Shown here: one piece after another, positions 55,153 to 64,000 of the stretch | How the letters are laid out: each line of letters opens with the position of its first letter | Position numbering within the stretch: the first letter of the stretch is position 1 | NCBI GenBank assembly: GCA_910579215.1 | Contig: CAJTTN010000006.1 | Location: 57,376-121,375 of the forward strand | Direction of reading: 5' to 3' | Origin: an uncultured Anaeroplasmataceae bacterium | GTDB lineage: Bacteria; Bacillota_I; Bacilli_A; Acholeplasmatales; Anaeroplasmataceae | DNA: 64,000 bases | The notes under the pieces: model-generated | Told to the model about the DNA's origin: nothing | What the model saw: only the letters and a program-made list of their open reading frames with translations | Databases searched by the model: none | Made by a program: the position numbers and the translations under genes

Positions 55153-56391
55153 ATGAAAAGAATTTGTTTGATATTTGTGTGTTTGTTATTTTTAGTATCT
55201 TGTCAAAGTTCTCAAAATAAGGATAATAGAACAAATAGTAATTATGGATCAGAAAGTAATGAAAAGGAAATTTTAACAAAACTTAATCAATTTTCGTTTC
55301 AAGCATCAGAAAAATATTTTAACGAAGTTAAAGAGGATAATGATGCATTTTCTCCATTATCATTTTATTTTAATTTGGCAATGATAAACTCAATGGCAAA
55401 AAATATAGTTTCAAAAGAAATTGCAGATGTTCTCTCCATGAGTCAAAATGATATTGAAATAATTGCTGAGAAATTTAAGAATAATAAACTGTTTTATGGA
55501 GATGAAATAAAAGAGTCAAATGAAGGAAAATTAGAAGCAATTGAAGAGGGATTTTTTGGGTTAGATAATAGTTTTTGGATAAATGAAAATCAGTCTATTA
55601 ATAACAAGATATTACCAAAATTAATCAATACATTTAATGCTAATGTTTATAAAATAGATTTTTCTAATCAAAAATTTTTAGAAGATTATACTCGAAATTT
55701 TATGAAAAACGATAAAATTATTCTTCCAAAATTTGATGTGTCCTCTATTTTTACAATTATGAATTTGCTAAGTTTAAAGGATGTATGGTCTTTCGGTGAC
55801 TTAAAGGAAAGTACAGAAGATTATCAATTCAATACGATTTCTTCAAAAATGCTATTAGGAAATTATGAAGATGGTAAAATATATGAAGAAGATGATTTTA
55901 AATCTTTCTATATTAATACTAAAAATGGATATATATTAACATTTATTCTTCCAAAAAATAATACGTCTTTGCAAGATGTAATGTCTAAAAAGACTATAGA
56001 AAAAGTAATTAACATCAACTATACTATGTCTAATGAAAAAACAAGTTATAAAACAAGATGTATTTTCCCTAAGTTTACTATTTCTAATTCTAAGTCTTTA
56101 AAAAAATTATGTCAAAACCTTGGAATAAAAGAAATGTTTCTTCCTTCTACAGATTTTTTAATTTTTAATGAAAATAGTAGCTTTGTCCATGATGTAATAC
56201 AAAATATTTATATTGAGGTTAATAAAAATGGTATTGACGCAGGTGCTATAACTTATACTTCATTTTTTGGGAATAATTCACAACAAACAGAGTATTTTGA
56301 TTTTGTTGTAGATCGTTCCTTTGGTTTTGTTATAACGGATGTTAAGGCTAATAATTTACTTTTTTCTGGCATAGTCCAAAATATAATTTGA
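55153..56391 (+). CDS. Serpin-family protease inhibitor, lipoprotein-anchored
   Basis: Lipobox FLVSC at residues 13-17. Serpin blocks FSPLSFYFNLAM, hinge IEVNKNGIDAGAIT, and the C-terminal signature FVVDRSFGFVITD...LLFSGIV. Confidence 0.8.
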   Translation: MKRICLIFVCLLFLVSCQSSQNKDNRTNSNYGSESNEKEILTKLNQFSFQASEKYFNEVKEDNDAFSPLSFYFNLAMINSMAKNIVSKEIADVLSMSQNDIEIIAEKFKNNKLFYGDEIKESNEGKLEAIEEGFFGLDNSFWINENQSINNKILPKLINTFNANVYKIDFSNQKFLEDYTRNFMKNDKIILPKFDVSSIFTIMNLLSLKDVWSFGDLKESTEDYQFNTISSKMLLGNYEDGKIYEEDDFKSFYINTKNGYILTFILPKNNTSLQDVMSKKTIEKVININYTMSNEKTSYKTRCIFPKFTISNSKSLKKLCQNLGIKEMFLPSTDFLIFNENSSFVHDVIQNIYIEVNKNGIDAGAITYTSFFGNNSQQTEYFDFVVDRSFGFVITDVKANNLLFSGIVQNII

Positions 56392-56485
56392 TAGATTAAA
56401 TTTCTAAAAAATCTGTTCTTTTGTTTGTTCAACAATGAAAGCTTGGACTAGTGAAAAAGCAAGGTTAAAGAACTGTATGATAATT

Positions 56486-56522
56486 GGGCATTTCTTTTGA
56501 AGTGCCCTTTTCCTTTTTTTGC
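56486..56522 (+). terminator. Rho-independent terminator of the serpin gene
   Basis: Stem gggca / tgccc (extendable with a wobble pair), followed by ttttccttttttt. Confidence 0.6.
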
Positions 56523-56527
56523 TTTTC

Positions 56528-56556
56528 TTGAATATACCTTTATTTTGTGATAAAAT
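56528..56556 (+). promoter_or_regulatory. Sigma-A type promoter of the aro operon
   Basis: TTGAAT-17 nt-TAAAAT with TGa extended -10, ~30 nt upstream of the ATG at 56589. Confidence 0.55.
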
Positions 56557-56588
56557 GTTAATAATATAGATATAGTGAGGTTTTATGT

Positions 56589-57602
56589 ATGATTATTAAA
56601 ATGAAAGAATCAATTTCTAATAAGGAATATCAAAACATTATAGATTATTTTAAAATGCGTGGACTTGAAATTAAAGATGCAAGTAGTGGAGATGTAAAAG
56701 TTATAGGTATAATTGGAGATACTACTAAAATTATGGATAGTGATGTCTATGCTCTTTCAGGTGTGGAAAATATTACGAGAATACAAGTGCCATATAAAAA
56801 GGCCTCTAAAGCGTTTCATCCTGAGCCTACAGTAATTGATGTGTGTGGTGTAAAAATTGGTGGTAAAAATTTTACAGTAATGGCAGGTCCATGTTCTGTT
56901 GAAAATCATGATCAAATTGTTAGTGTAGCCCAAAGTGTAAAAGAAAGTGGTGCCCACGTTTTAAGAGGTGGTGCTTACAAGCCTAGAACCTCTCCCTATG
57001 CGTTTCAGGGTTTAGAACTAGAAGGGTTAGACTTATTAATGGAAGCACGTGAAGCGACTCATTTACCTATTATTACAGAAATTCAATCGGAGGATATGAT
57101 AGAACGATATGTTAAGGATGTAGATATCATTCAGGTTGGTGCTAGAAATATGCAGAACTTTCATTTATTAAAGGCATTAGGTAAAATTGATAAGCCAATT
57201 TTACTTAAGCGTGGATTATCTGCAACAATAGAGGAATGGTTAATGGCAGCAGAATATATTCTTGCTGGTGGAAATGATAAGGTAATTCTATGTGAGCGCG
57301 GTATTCGTACATTTGAAAAATATACTAGAAATACGTTAGACTTATCTGCAGTTCTTGCAGTAAAGGAATTATCGCATTTGCCTGTAATTGTTGATCCATC
57401 TCATGCAGCAGGAAAATGGTCTATGGTAGAGGATTTATCTAAAGCAGCCTTAGCTGTAGGTGCAGATGGTATTATAGTTGAAGTACATAATAATCCAGAA
57501 TGCGCATTGTGTGACGGAGCTCAAAGCTTAAAGCCAGAGCGCTTTGATCATATGATGAAGCAGTTAAAGCAAATTGCTCCTATTGTGGATAAGAAGCTAT
57601 AA
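56589..57602 (+). CDS. aroF: 3-deoxy-7-phosphoheptulonate (DAHP) synthase, type I-beta with an N-terminal regulatory domain
   Basis: About 80 aa of ferredoxin-like N-terminal domain is followed by MAGPCSVEN, LRGGAYKPRTSPY, QVGARNMQN, LKRG and DPSHA blocks (Thermotoga-type architecture). Confidence 0.9.
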   Translation: MIIKMKESISNKEYQNIIDYFKMRGLEIKDASSGDVKVIGIIGDTTKIMDSDVYALSGVENITRIQVPYKKASKAFHPEPTVIDVCGVKIGGKNFTVMAGPCSVENHDQIVSVAQSVKESGAHVLRGGAYKPRTSPYAFQGLELEGLDLLMEAREATHLPIITEIQSEDMIERYVKDVDIIQVGARNMQNFHLLKALGKIDKPILLKRGLSATIEEWLMAAEYILAGGNDKVILCERGIRTFEKYTRNTLDLSAVLAVKELSHLPVIVDPSHAAGKWSMVEDLSKAALAVGADGIIVEVHNNPECALCDGAQSLKPERFDHMMKQLKQIAPIVDKKL

Positions 57603-58432
57603 TGAAAATTTGTATTGTTGGTCTAGGATTAATTGGAGGTTCTTATGCTATGGGCCTTTCAAAGAAGGGGCATAAGGTTTATGGTATTGATAAGAATATT
57701 CAAGCGATTCAGTTTGCAAAAGATAAGGGTTTTATCTTAGAAGGCTTTAATAAAGAAACTGCGATTATAGAGGAATGTGATTGTATAATTTTAGCAATTT
57801 ATCCTCAGGCTATTCTAGATTTTTTATATAAAAATCAAGCACATTTTAAAGAAAATCAGATAATTACTGATGTTTGTGGTGTCAAGAATTCATTTGTTAG
57901 AAAGGCAACTCTTCTTGCAAGAAAAGCTACCTATTTGTCTCATCATCCTATGGCTGGAAGGGAGAAGTTAGGAATAGAATATGCAGATGATAAAATTTTT
58001 AATGGAGCAAATTTTATTATCACTCCCTTAGAAGAGACTCCACAACAAGCTATGGATGTTTTGAAAGAAATTGCTCAGGATTTAAATTTTGGTAAAATAA
58101 CAACAGTTTCTTTAGATAAGCATGATCAAATGATTGGGTTTACAAGTCAGCTTACCCATGCGATTGCAGTATCTTTAGTTAATAGTGATTATGCAGAAGA
58201 TACGCAACGCTTTATCGGAGATTCCTATCGTGATTTGACAAGAATAGCAATGATTAATGAAGTTTTATGGAGTGAGCTTTTTTTGGAAAATCGAGAGACT
58301 TTATTAAAGCATATTGAAAATTTTGAGTCTGAATTGAATGTATTAAAATTAGCTTTAAAACAAGGAGATCGTGCATTGTTACAGGAGCTTTTCATAAAAT
58401 CAACGAATATAAGAAGGAAGATGGAAAAATGA
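57602..58432 (+). CDS. tyrA: Prephenate dehydrogenase
   Basis: NAD motif ICIVGLGLIGGS, DVCGVK, HPMAG, and a C-terminal helical dimerisation domain. Confidence 0.88.
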   Translation: MKICIVGLGLIGGSYAMGLSKKGHKVYGIDKNIQAIQFAKDKGFILEGFNKETAIIEECDCIILAIYPQAILDFLYKNQAHFKENQIITDVCGVKNSFVRKATLLARKATYLSHHPMAGREKLGIEYADDKIFNGANFIITPLEETPQQAMDVLKEIAQDLNFGKITTVSLDKHDQMIGFTSQLTHAIAVSLVNSDYAEDTQRFIGDSYRDLTRIAMINEVLWSELFLENRETLLKHIENFESELNVLKLALKQGDRALLQELFIKSTNIRRKMEK

Positions 58433-59439
58433 AATCTCTAAGAATCAATTTACAGGAGGATTCCTATAACATATTTATAGAGGATGATTTGCTTTTGCAT
58501 CTTTCTTTTTATATTAGACAGATTTTTAAAGGTGATAAAATTTATATTATTACAGATGATATTGTAGAAGCACTTTATTTAAAGGTGGTTCAGGAAAGCT
58601 TAAAGGAATTTACTATCCAAACGGTAATTGTACCTCATGGCGAAGGAGCTAAAAGCTTAGATACGTATGCTGAGGTTTGCCAAAAGCTTTTAACGATGGA
58701 TATTAGAAGAAATGAGCTTCTGCTAGCCTTAGGTGGAGGTGTTGTTGGTGATTTAACGGGATTTATTGCTGCGACCTTATTTAGAGGATTACCTTATGTT
58801 AATGTACCAACTACCCTGCTGAGTCAAATGGATTCCTCTATTGGAGGGAAAACTGGAATAGACTTTGCAGGCAGGAAAAATATGATTGGCTGCTTTAAGC
58901 AACCTAAAGTTGTTTTAATAGATCCTAAAGTGCTTAGAACATTACCTAAGCAGGAATGGAATAATGGTATGGGAGAATTAATAAAGCATGCCATAATAGG
59001 AAATCCTACCTTATTTGAGATGCTTTTGCAAAAACCAGAAATTGATGAAATTATGATTTTTGAAAGCCTAAAGGTAAAGCAAAAGGTTGTGGAGAAGGAT
59101 GTATATGATACAGGAGAAAGAATGCTTCTTAACTTTGGGCATACCTTTGGTCATGTGATAGAATTAGAAATGAATTTAAAGCATGGAGAAGCTGTAGCCT
59201 TAGGAATGCTGATGATGCTACGTTTTGGTATTGATAAGGGGATTACAGAAGAAGTATGCTATACAAGAGTAATGGATATTTTACGACTTTATGAGTTACC
59301 ATTCATGGAAGTAGATTATCATAGATATCTTAATGAAATTTTTAAAGACAAGAAGAATCTAGCGGGAAAATTATCCTTAGTCTTGATTAAGAATATTGGA
59401 GAAGCTTTCTTATATGTATTAAACGAAAATGAAGTATAG
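58429..59439 (+). CDS. aroB: 3-dehydroquinate synthase
   Basis: LGGGVVGDLTGF, VPTTLLSQMDSSIGGKTGID and NFGHTFGH motifs. Confidence 0.93.
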   Translation: MKSLRINLQEDSYNIFIEDDLLLHLSFYIRQIFKGDKIYIITDDIVEALYLKVVQESLKEFTIQTVIVPHGEGAKSLDTYAEVCQKLLTMDIRRNELLLALGGGVVGDLTGFIAATLFRGLPYVNVPTTLLSQMDSSIGGKTGIDFAGRKNMIGCFKQPKVVLIDPKVLRTLPKQEWNNGMGELIKHAIIGNPTLFEMLLQKPEIDEIMIFESLKVKQKVVEKDVYDTGERMLLNFGHTFGHVIELEMNLKHGEAVALGMLMMLRFGIDKGITEEVCYTRVMDILRLYELPFMEVDYHRYLNEIFKDKKNLAGKLSLVLIKNIGEAFLYVLNENEV

Positions 59440-59451
59440 GAGATATGAAGT

Positions 59452-60717
59452 ATGAATGTAACTATTTTTCCAAAAAAGCTAAAGGGTAATGTGAATATTC
59501 CTCCCTCTAAAAGCCTTTCTCATCGTGCTATTATAGCCGCTTGTCTTGCAGAAGGCGAAAGCATCCTATCTAATGTTATGTTTTCTAAGGATGTTTTAGC
59601 AACCATTTCAGGTATGGAGGCTTTAGGAGCAAGGGTAAGCATTGTTGGAAATACGCTTAGAATACAGGGGAGTAAGGTTCTTCGTAAGGAAAGTGAAATA
59701 CATGCAAATGAGTCTGGCTCTACTTTACGCTTTTTAATTCCAATTGCGTTAGTAAATCCTGAACCAATATGTTTTTATGGGAAAAATAACTTAGTTAATC
59801 GTCCATTGGACTCCTATTTTACTTTATTTGAAGCCTATAATATTTCTTATCATCATCCTAAGGAGGCTTATTTGCCTTTATCTATTAAAGGGGGCTTACA
59901 ACCAGGAAGCTATGAGATGAAAGGTAATATTTCCTCTCAATTCATTACAGGGTTATTATTTGCTTTACCCTTGCTAGATGGAAATTCTAAAATAATTGTG
60001 ACTACACCTCTTGAGTCTAAGGGATATGTAGATTTGACTTTGGACATTTTAAAGAAGTTTGGGATCCAAATAACGCATAGGAATTACGAAGAATTTTATA
60101 TTTTAGGAAATCAAAGCTATAAGCCTTACTCCTATAAAATAGAAGGAGATTATTCTCAAACAGCCTTCTTTTTAACAGCTGGCGCCATGGGAGCAGAGCT
60201 GAAGCTTTTAGGAATGTCTAGCTGCTCCTATCAAGGAGATAAAAAGATTTTAAAGGATATGGAGGCTTTTGGAGCTAAGCCTATCTTTACAGATATGGAA
60301 TTGTACTGTAGTCCAACAAAGACGAATGGAGCTACAATTGATTTTTCTCAATCGCCAGATTTAGGACCTGCTCTTACAGTTTTGGCTAGTGTTTCAGAAG
60401 GAGAATCTCACTTTATTAATGCTGGTAGATTAAGGATTAAAGAATGTGATAGAATCACTTGTATGAAAGATGAACTTACTAAGCTAGGCGCACAAATAGA
60501 AGAAACAGAGGATACGATGTACATAAGGGGTGTTTCAATGCTTCGAGGTGGTATTGTAGATTCACATAATGACCATCGAGTTGCGATGGCACTTGCAATG
60601 GCTACTTTAAAAATGACAGAGCCCTTAACAATTTTAAATGCAGAATGTGTTTCTAAATCCTATCCTGAATTTTGGGAAATATTTGAATCCATTGGAGGAA
60701 ACATTAAGTATGAATAA
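59452..60717 (+). CDS. aroA: 3-phosphoshikimate 1-carboxyvinyltransferase (EPSP synthase)
   Basis: PPSKSLSHRA, ESGSTLRF, SSQFITGLL, DHRVAMA and VSKSYPEFW blocks. Confidence 0.93.
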   Translation: MNVTIFPKKLKGNVNIPPSKSLSHRAIIAACLAEGESILSNVMFSKDVLATISGMEALGARVSIVGNTLRIQGSKVLRKESEIHANESGSTLRFLIPIALVNPEPICFYGKNNLVNRPLDSYFTLFEAYNISYHHPKEAYLPLSIKGGLQPGSYEMKGNISSQFITGLLFALPLLDGNSKIIVTTPLESKGYVDLTLDILKKFGIQITHRNYEEFYILGNQSYKPYSYKIEGDYSQTAFFLTAGAMGAELKLLGMSSCSYQGDKKILKDMEAFGAKPIFTDMELYCSPTKTNGATIDFSQSPDLGPALTVLASVSEGESHFINAGRLRIKECDRITCMKDELTKLGAQIEETEDTMYIRGVSMLRGGIVDSHNDHRVAMALAMATLKMTEPLTILNAECVSKSYPEFWEIFESIGGNIKYE

Positions 60718-60976
60718 ATTAGAGGAAGCAAGAAGCATCATTCAGAATGTGGATCAGCAAATCATAGAATTATTTTTAAAGCGTATGCAAGCTGCAAAAA
60801 TGGTTGCAGAATATAAAATGGAAAATCAATTGCCAGTAGAGGATAAGCTAAGAGAACAAGAACTTTTAAAGAGAAATCTAAGGGCAGTTCCATTAGAGCT
60901 TCAGAAATACTATATACTATTTTTTGAAGGCATCCTTAAGGCATCTAAAGCCTATCAGGAGGATTTAATGGGATGA
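60710..60976 (+). CDS. Chorismate mutase (AroQ class, monofunctional)
   Basis: LEEARSIIQNVDQQIIELFLKRMQAAKMVAEYK...PVEDKLREQE matches the AroQ helical motif. The start was moved to the ATG behind ggagga, which overlaps the aroA stop. The track ORF start at 60638 lies inside aroA. Confidence 0.85.
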   Translation: MNKLEEARSIIQNVDQQIIELFLKRMQAAKMVAEYKMENQLPVEDKLREQELLKRNLRAVPLELQKYYILFFEGILKASKAYQEDLMG

Positions 60977-62391
60977 AGCAGTATGGCTTATTAGGAGAAA
61001 AGCTTGCTCATAGCTATTCAAAATGTATCCATACTTATATATTTCAAGCTCTGCATATAGAGGCTGAATATCATTTATTAGAGTGTAAAGAAGCAGAACT
61101 TCCTAAGTATATTGCAAAGCTTCGAAGAAAAGAATATAACGGATTTAATGTAACGATTCCTTATAAGAAAGTTATTATGAAGTATTTAGATGAAATCGAT
61201 GCTAAGGCAAAAAAAATTGGTAGTGTAAATACGATTTATATTAAGAAGGATAAGGTTATTGGAACAAATACAGATTATGATGGATTTTTTGAAACTATAA
61301 AGAAATATAAGATTGAAGTTAAAAATAAAGATTGCTTTATACTTGGTACGGGTGGAGCTTCTTTGGCGATATCACAGGTTTTATCGGATTTAGGAGGGAA
61401 TTGTCATTTTGTTTCTCGCACTCCAAGAGGGTCTGTTTTAGGATATCCAGATTTAGAAGCTAAAGAAATTGATCTTTTAGTCAATACGACGCCAGTAGGG
61501 ATGTTTCCTACTATTGATGAAAGTCCTGTAAGTAAGGAAATTGCGCAAAAAGCAAGGGTTGCGATGGATATAATTTTTAATCCTAGACAGACGAAGTTTT
61601 TAAGCTATGCCAATTCCTCTATTGATGGCTTTTACATGCTGATTATGCAGGCTATAAAGGCAGAAGAAATATGGCAAAATCAAATACTATCCTTAGATAT
61701 TGATAAAATGATTTCTATGATAAGTATACATCTTGTTCTTCCTTATAAGATTTGGTCTATTGTAAAGGATTTGAACTTTAATAAAATTACGGATGGCTGT
61801 AGTGAGGATGAGGTATACAATTTTGATAGTCAATATATATTGAAAATATCTTCTTATCCAGATAGACTCTTAAGAGAAAAAGAAAGAATGGATTGGCTTC
61901 AGAATAAAATTCCTACTGCTAAAAGTGTAGTCTATGAGGAATATAATTCTAGGTATTATTTTTTAAGAACCTGTATTCAAGGAGATAGCTTAGCTGCAGA
62001 ACGTTTTTTAAAGAATCCAAAAGTATTAATTGAAATTTTACCAACAATTATAAAGGTATTGAGAAGCTTAGATACTACCCAATGTCCCTTTAATTCTATA
62101 GAGAGTCAGGGCAATACATTTGTCCATGGAGATTTATGCTTGCCCAATATTTTAGTTAATAAAAAAAATGAGTTTGTCGGTTTTATTGATTTGGATAATG
62201 CAGGCTTAGGAGATTGCTGGTATGACTATGCTTGGCTATTGTGGAGTGTGGCATATAATCTAAAAACTAAAGCTTGGATTCCCTATCTATTAGATGTGTG
62301 TCAGCTCAAATTTGACGAAGAAAAATTTCGAAAATATATTCCTAAGTGTAACCTAGAGGAATTAGAAAAGGTGTTGCAGGAGAACATATGA
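60973..62391 (+). CDS. aroE: Fusion protein: shikimate dehydrogenase (AroE, ~aa 1-250) plus APH/choline-kinase-type phosphotransferase domain (~aa 255-472)
   Basis: AroE blocks: LLGEKLAHSYS, NVTIPYKK, GTNTDYDGF and ILGTGGAS. C-terminal kinase blocks: EDEVYNFDSQYILKIS, EKERMDWL, HGDLCLPNILV and GFIDLDNAGLGDCWYDYAW. Confidence 0.85.
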   Translation: MKQYGLLGEKLAHSYSKCIHTYIFQALHIEAEYHLLECKEAELPKYIAKLRRKEYNGFNVTIPYKKVIMKYLDEIDAKAKKIGSVNTIYIKKDKVIGTNTDYDGFFETIKKYKIEVKNKDCFILGTGGASLAISQVLSDLGGNCHFVSRTPRGSVLGYPDLEAKEIDLLVNTTPVGMFPTIDESPVSKEIAQKARVAMDIIFNPRQTKFLSYANSSIDGFYMLIMQAIKAEEIWQNQILSLDIDKMISMISIHLVLPYKIWSIVKDLNFNKITDGCSEDEVYNFDSQYILKISSYPDRLLREKERMDWLQNKIPTAKSVVYEEYNSRYYFLRTCIQGDSLAAERFLKNPKVLIEILPTIIKVLRSLDTTQCPFNSIESQGNTFVHGDLCLPNILVNKKNEFVGFIDLDNAGLGDCWYDYAWLLWSVAYNLKTKAWIPYLLDVCQLKFDEEKFRKYIPKCNLEELEKVLQENI

Positions 62392-62933
62392 AACAAATAA
62401 AGATACAGGATAAAGCTTACACGATAATAAAGCTTTTGGGTAAGGGCAAAGGTGGCTACTCTTATCTTGTTACAGATGGGGCTAAGCAATATGTTTGTAA
62501 GCAAATTCATCATGAGCCCTGCTCCTATTATACCTTTGGGGATAAATTGGCATCAGAGCTTAGGGATTATGAGATTTTAAAAAATATAGGAATCCCTGTG
62601 CCAGAGTTACTAAGTGTGGATGAACAACAGGAACGCCTACTAAAGGAGTATATTGAGGGCCCTACCCTATATGATTTAGTAGTTGATGATAAAGTAAAAG
62701 ATGAGTATCTTACCCAAATTAAACAAATGTGTAAATTGTTATATGCCTCAAATATCAACATTGATTATTTTCCGACAAACTTTGTTGTACAGAAGGAAAT
62801 GCTTTATTATATTGATTATGAATGTAATTCTTATATGGAAGAATGGAATTTTGAAAATTGGGGTATTAAATATTGGTCAAAGACGCAAGAATTTATGGAT
62901 TATTTTAAGTCCTTAGAGAAAGGAGAATCATAG
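62388..62933 (+). CDS. Small protein-kinase-like fold protein (181 aa), function unknown
   Basis: Gly-rich loop LGKGKGGYSYLV, candidate beta3 lysine YVCKQI, hinge LKEYIEGPTL, catalytic-loop-like NIDYFPTNFVV, then YYIDYE. ATGA overlap with the upstream gene, and 1 nt gap before aroC. Confidence 0.6.
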   Translation: MKQIKIQDKAYTIIKLLGKGKGGYSYLVTDGAKQYVCKQIHHEPCSYYTFGDKLASELRDYEILKNIGIPVPELLSVDEQQERLLKEYIEGPTLYDLVVDDKVKDEYLTQIKQMCKLLYASNINIDYFPTNFVVQKEMLYYIDYECNSYMEEWNFENWGIKYWSKTQEFMDYFKSLEKGES

Positions 62934-62934
62934 T

Positions 62935-63927
62935 ATGAATCATTTTGGAAGATTATTTCAAATGACTTTATTTGGAGAAAGTCATGGAAGCTCTGTTGGC
63001 GTAGTACTAGATGGCGTCCCTGCTGGATTACCTCTTACTGAAAAAGATTTTCAAGCTGATTTATTAAGGAGAAAGTCTGGTGGTTTAGGAACAACTCCTA
63101 GAATAGAAGCAGATGAGATTCTACTAGAAACAGGCATTTTTGAGGGTAAAACGACAGGAGCTCCAATAATGATTCGTTTCTTGAATCAAAATACGAGAAG
63201 CAAGGATTATACTCAGCTACTAGCTCATCCTCGACCTTCACATGCAGATTATGTAGCCAATGTAAAATATCAAGGCTTTCAGGATTATAGAGGTGGAGGA
63301 GCATTTTCTGGCAGACTTACCTTAGGATTAGTTTCGGCAGGAGTGATTGCTAAAAAGATTCTTAACAAGTATGTTTTTTCAACAACAATAATTAATTTAG
63401 GGGGGAATACTGTACCATCTGAATTTGATAAAGTACTAAGGGATGTTGTTTTAGAAAAGGATTCTATTGGTGGGATAGTAGAAATTAGAGTTGCTAATGT
63501 TTTGGCAGGCTTAGGAGAGCCCTATTTTGATTCTTTGGAATCAACTATTTCTCACCTTTTATTTTCTGTTGGTGGTGTAAAGGGTGTTTCCTTTGGTGCT
63601 GGCTTTTCAGGTGTTACTTTAAAGGGAAGTGCCTTTAATGATTTAATTATTGATGCTTCAGGAAAGACGAAAACAAATCATAATGGTGGTATTAATGGTG
63701 GTATATCTAATGGAAATGAGCTTATAGTATCTGTTTTTGTCAAGCCAACCCCTTCTATAGGAAAGCCACAACAAACCTTTAATTTTCAATCCAATCAAAT
63801 AGAGGAGCTTGTCATAGAGGGAAGGCATGATGCTGCAATAATTTTAAGAGCACAGGTGGTATTAGAGGCTTGTGTAGCGATTGCTTTAGCAGATGCTTAC
63901 CTGATTCATAAAGCATATAAAGATTAA
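62935..63927 (+). CDS. aroC: Chorismate synthase (short, 330 aa)
   Basis: TLFGESHGSSVGVVLDGVPAG, RPSHADY, GGGAFSGR and GRHDA blocks. Confidence 0.92.
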   Translation: MNHFGRLFQMTLFGESHGSSVGVVLDGVPAGLPLTEKDFQADLLRRKSGGLGTTPRIEADEILLETGIFEGKTTGAPIMIRFLNQNTRSKDYTQLLAHPRPSHADYVANVKYQGFQDYRGGGAFSGRLTLGLVSAGVIAKKILNKYVFSTTIINLGGNTVPSEFDKVLRDVVLEKDSIGGIVEIRVANVLAGLGEPYFDSLESTISHLLFSVGGVKGVSFGAGFSGVTLKGSAFNDLIIDASGKTKTNHNGGINGGISNGNELIVSVFVKPTPSIGKPQQTFNFQSNQIEELVIEGRHDAAIILRAQVVLEACVAIALADAYLIHKAYKD

Positions 63928-64000
63928 ATAAAAAAGAGCTAATGAATAAAATAGACCCTATAAAGTAGACACGAATAAAAAAAGGTGTAGATTCTACTTT

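Noticed and set aside
56392-56588. Possible T-box or attenuator leader upstream of the aro operon.
   Set aside because: The interval is fully accounted for by the serpin terminator (56486-56522) and a promoter (56528-56556). The remaining leader is only ~30 nt, too short for a T-box or riboswitch. The 21-codon ORF at 56444 has no Trp/Phe/Tyr run.
1-64000. Scan for CRISPR arrays, rRNA genes, retron or DGR reverse transcriptases, prophage structural genes and toxin-antitoxin pairs.
   Set aside because: No regularly spaced direct repeats, no rRNA-like conserved stretches, no RT motifs (YxDD) and no capsid or terminase-like ORFs were seen. The only short overlapping gene pairs have other explanations (UmuC/YolD, IbrA/IbrB, NfeD/SPFH).

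Overview
AT-rich, code-11 chromosomal segment of a low-GC Firmicute (Bacillota; the gene content looks Erysipelotrichia- or Clostridia-like, but no taxon can be assigned from sequence alone). Nearly all genes are on the + strand. Exceptions are an IS transposase, rpmB, two tRNAs and pepT. The backbone is housekeeping: rpmB / DAK2-domain protein / recG / plsX / rnc / dapB / dnaD / nth, dnaE, pgk-tpiA, mnmG-rsmG, rpsP, typA, dapA, pyruvate:ferredoxin oxidoreductase, nfo, and a heterodimeric ABC exporter. Accessory genes are interspersed. At the left edge is the 3' part of a very large RHS/YD-repeat polymorphic toxin, with an IS1182-type element inserted where its immunity gene would be expected. 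An XRE-HTH/helical-repeat regulator is coupled to an Ig-like surface protein. There is a lipoprotein pectate lyase with Listeria-Bacteroides repeats, a UmuC/YolD-like pair, and an NfeD-stomatin operon. An IbrA/IbrB-like cassette (PAPS-reductase plus ParB-like protein) sits next to tRNA-Arg and tRNA-Asp. Also present are a flotillin, an orphan protein with a HEPN-like Rx5H motif, and a lipoprotein serpin. The most interesting locus is the right-hand aromatic amino-acid operon (aroF-tyrA-aroB-aroA-CM-aroE-x-aroC). It has no canonical shikimate kinase. Instead it carries an aminoglycoside-phosphotransferase-type kinase domain fused to AroE, followed by a second miniature kinase-fold ORF; both are candidate non-orthologous shikimate kinases. 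No CRISPR array, rRNA, integrase or prophage structural genes were seen. All calls rest on motif recognition by eye; no searches were run.
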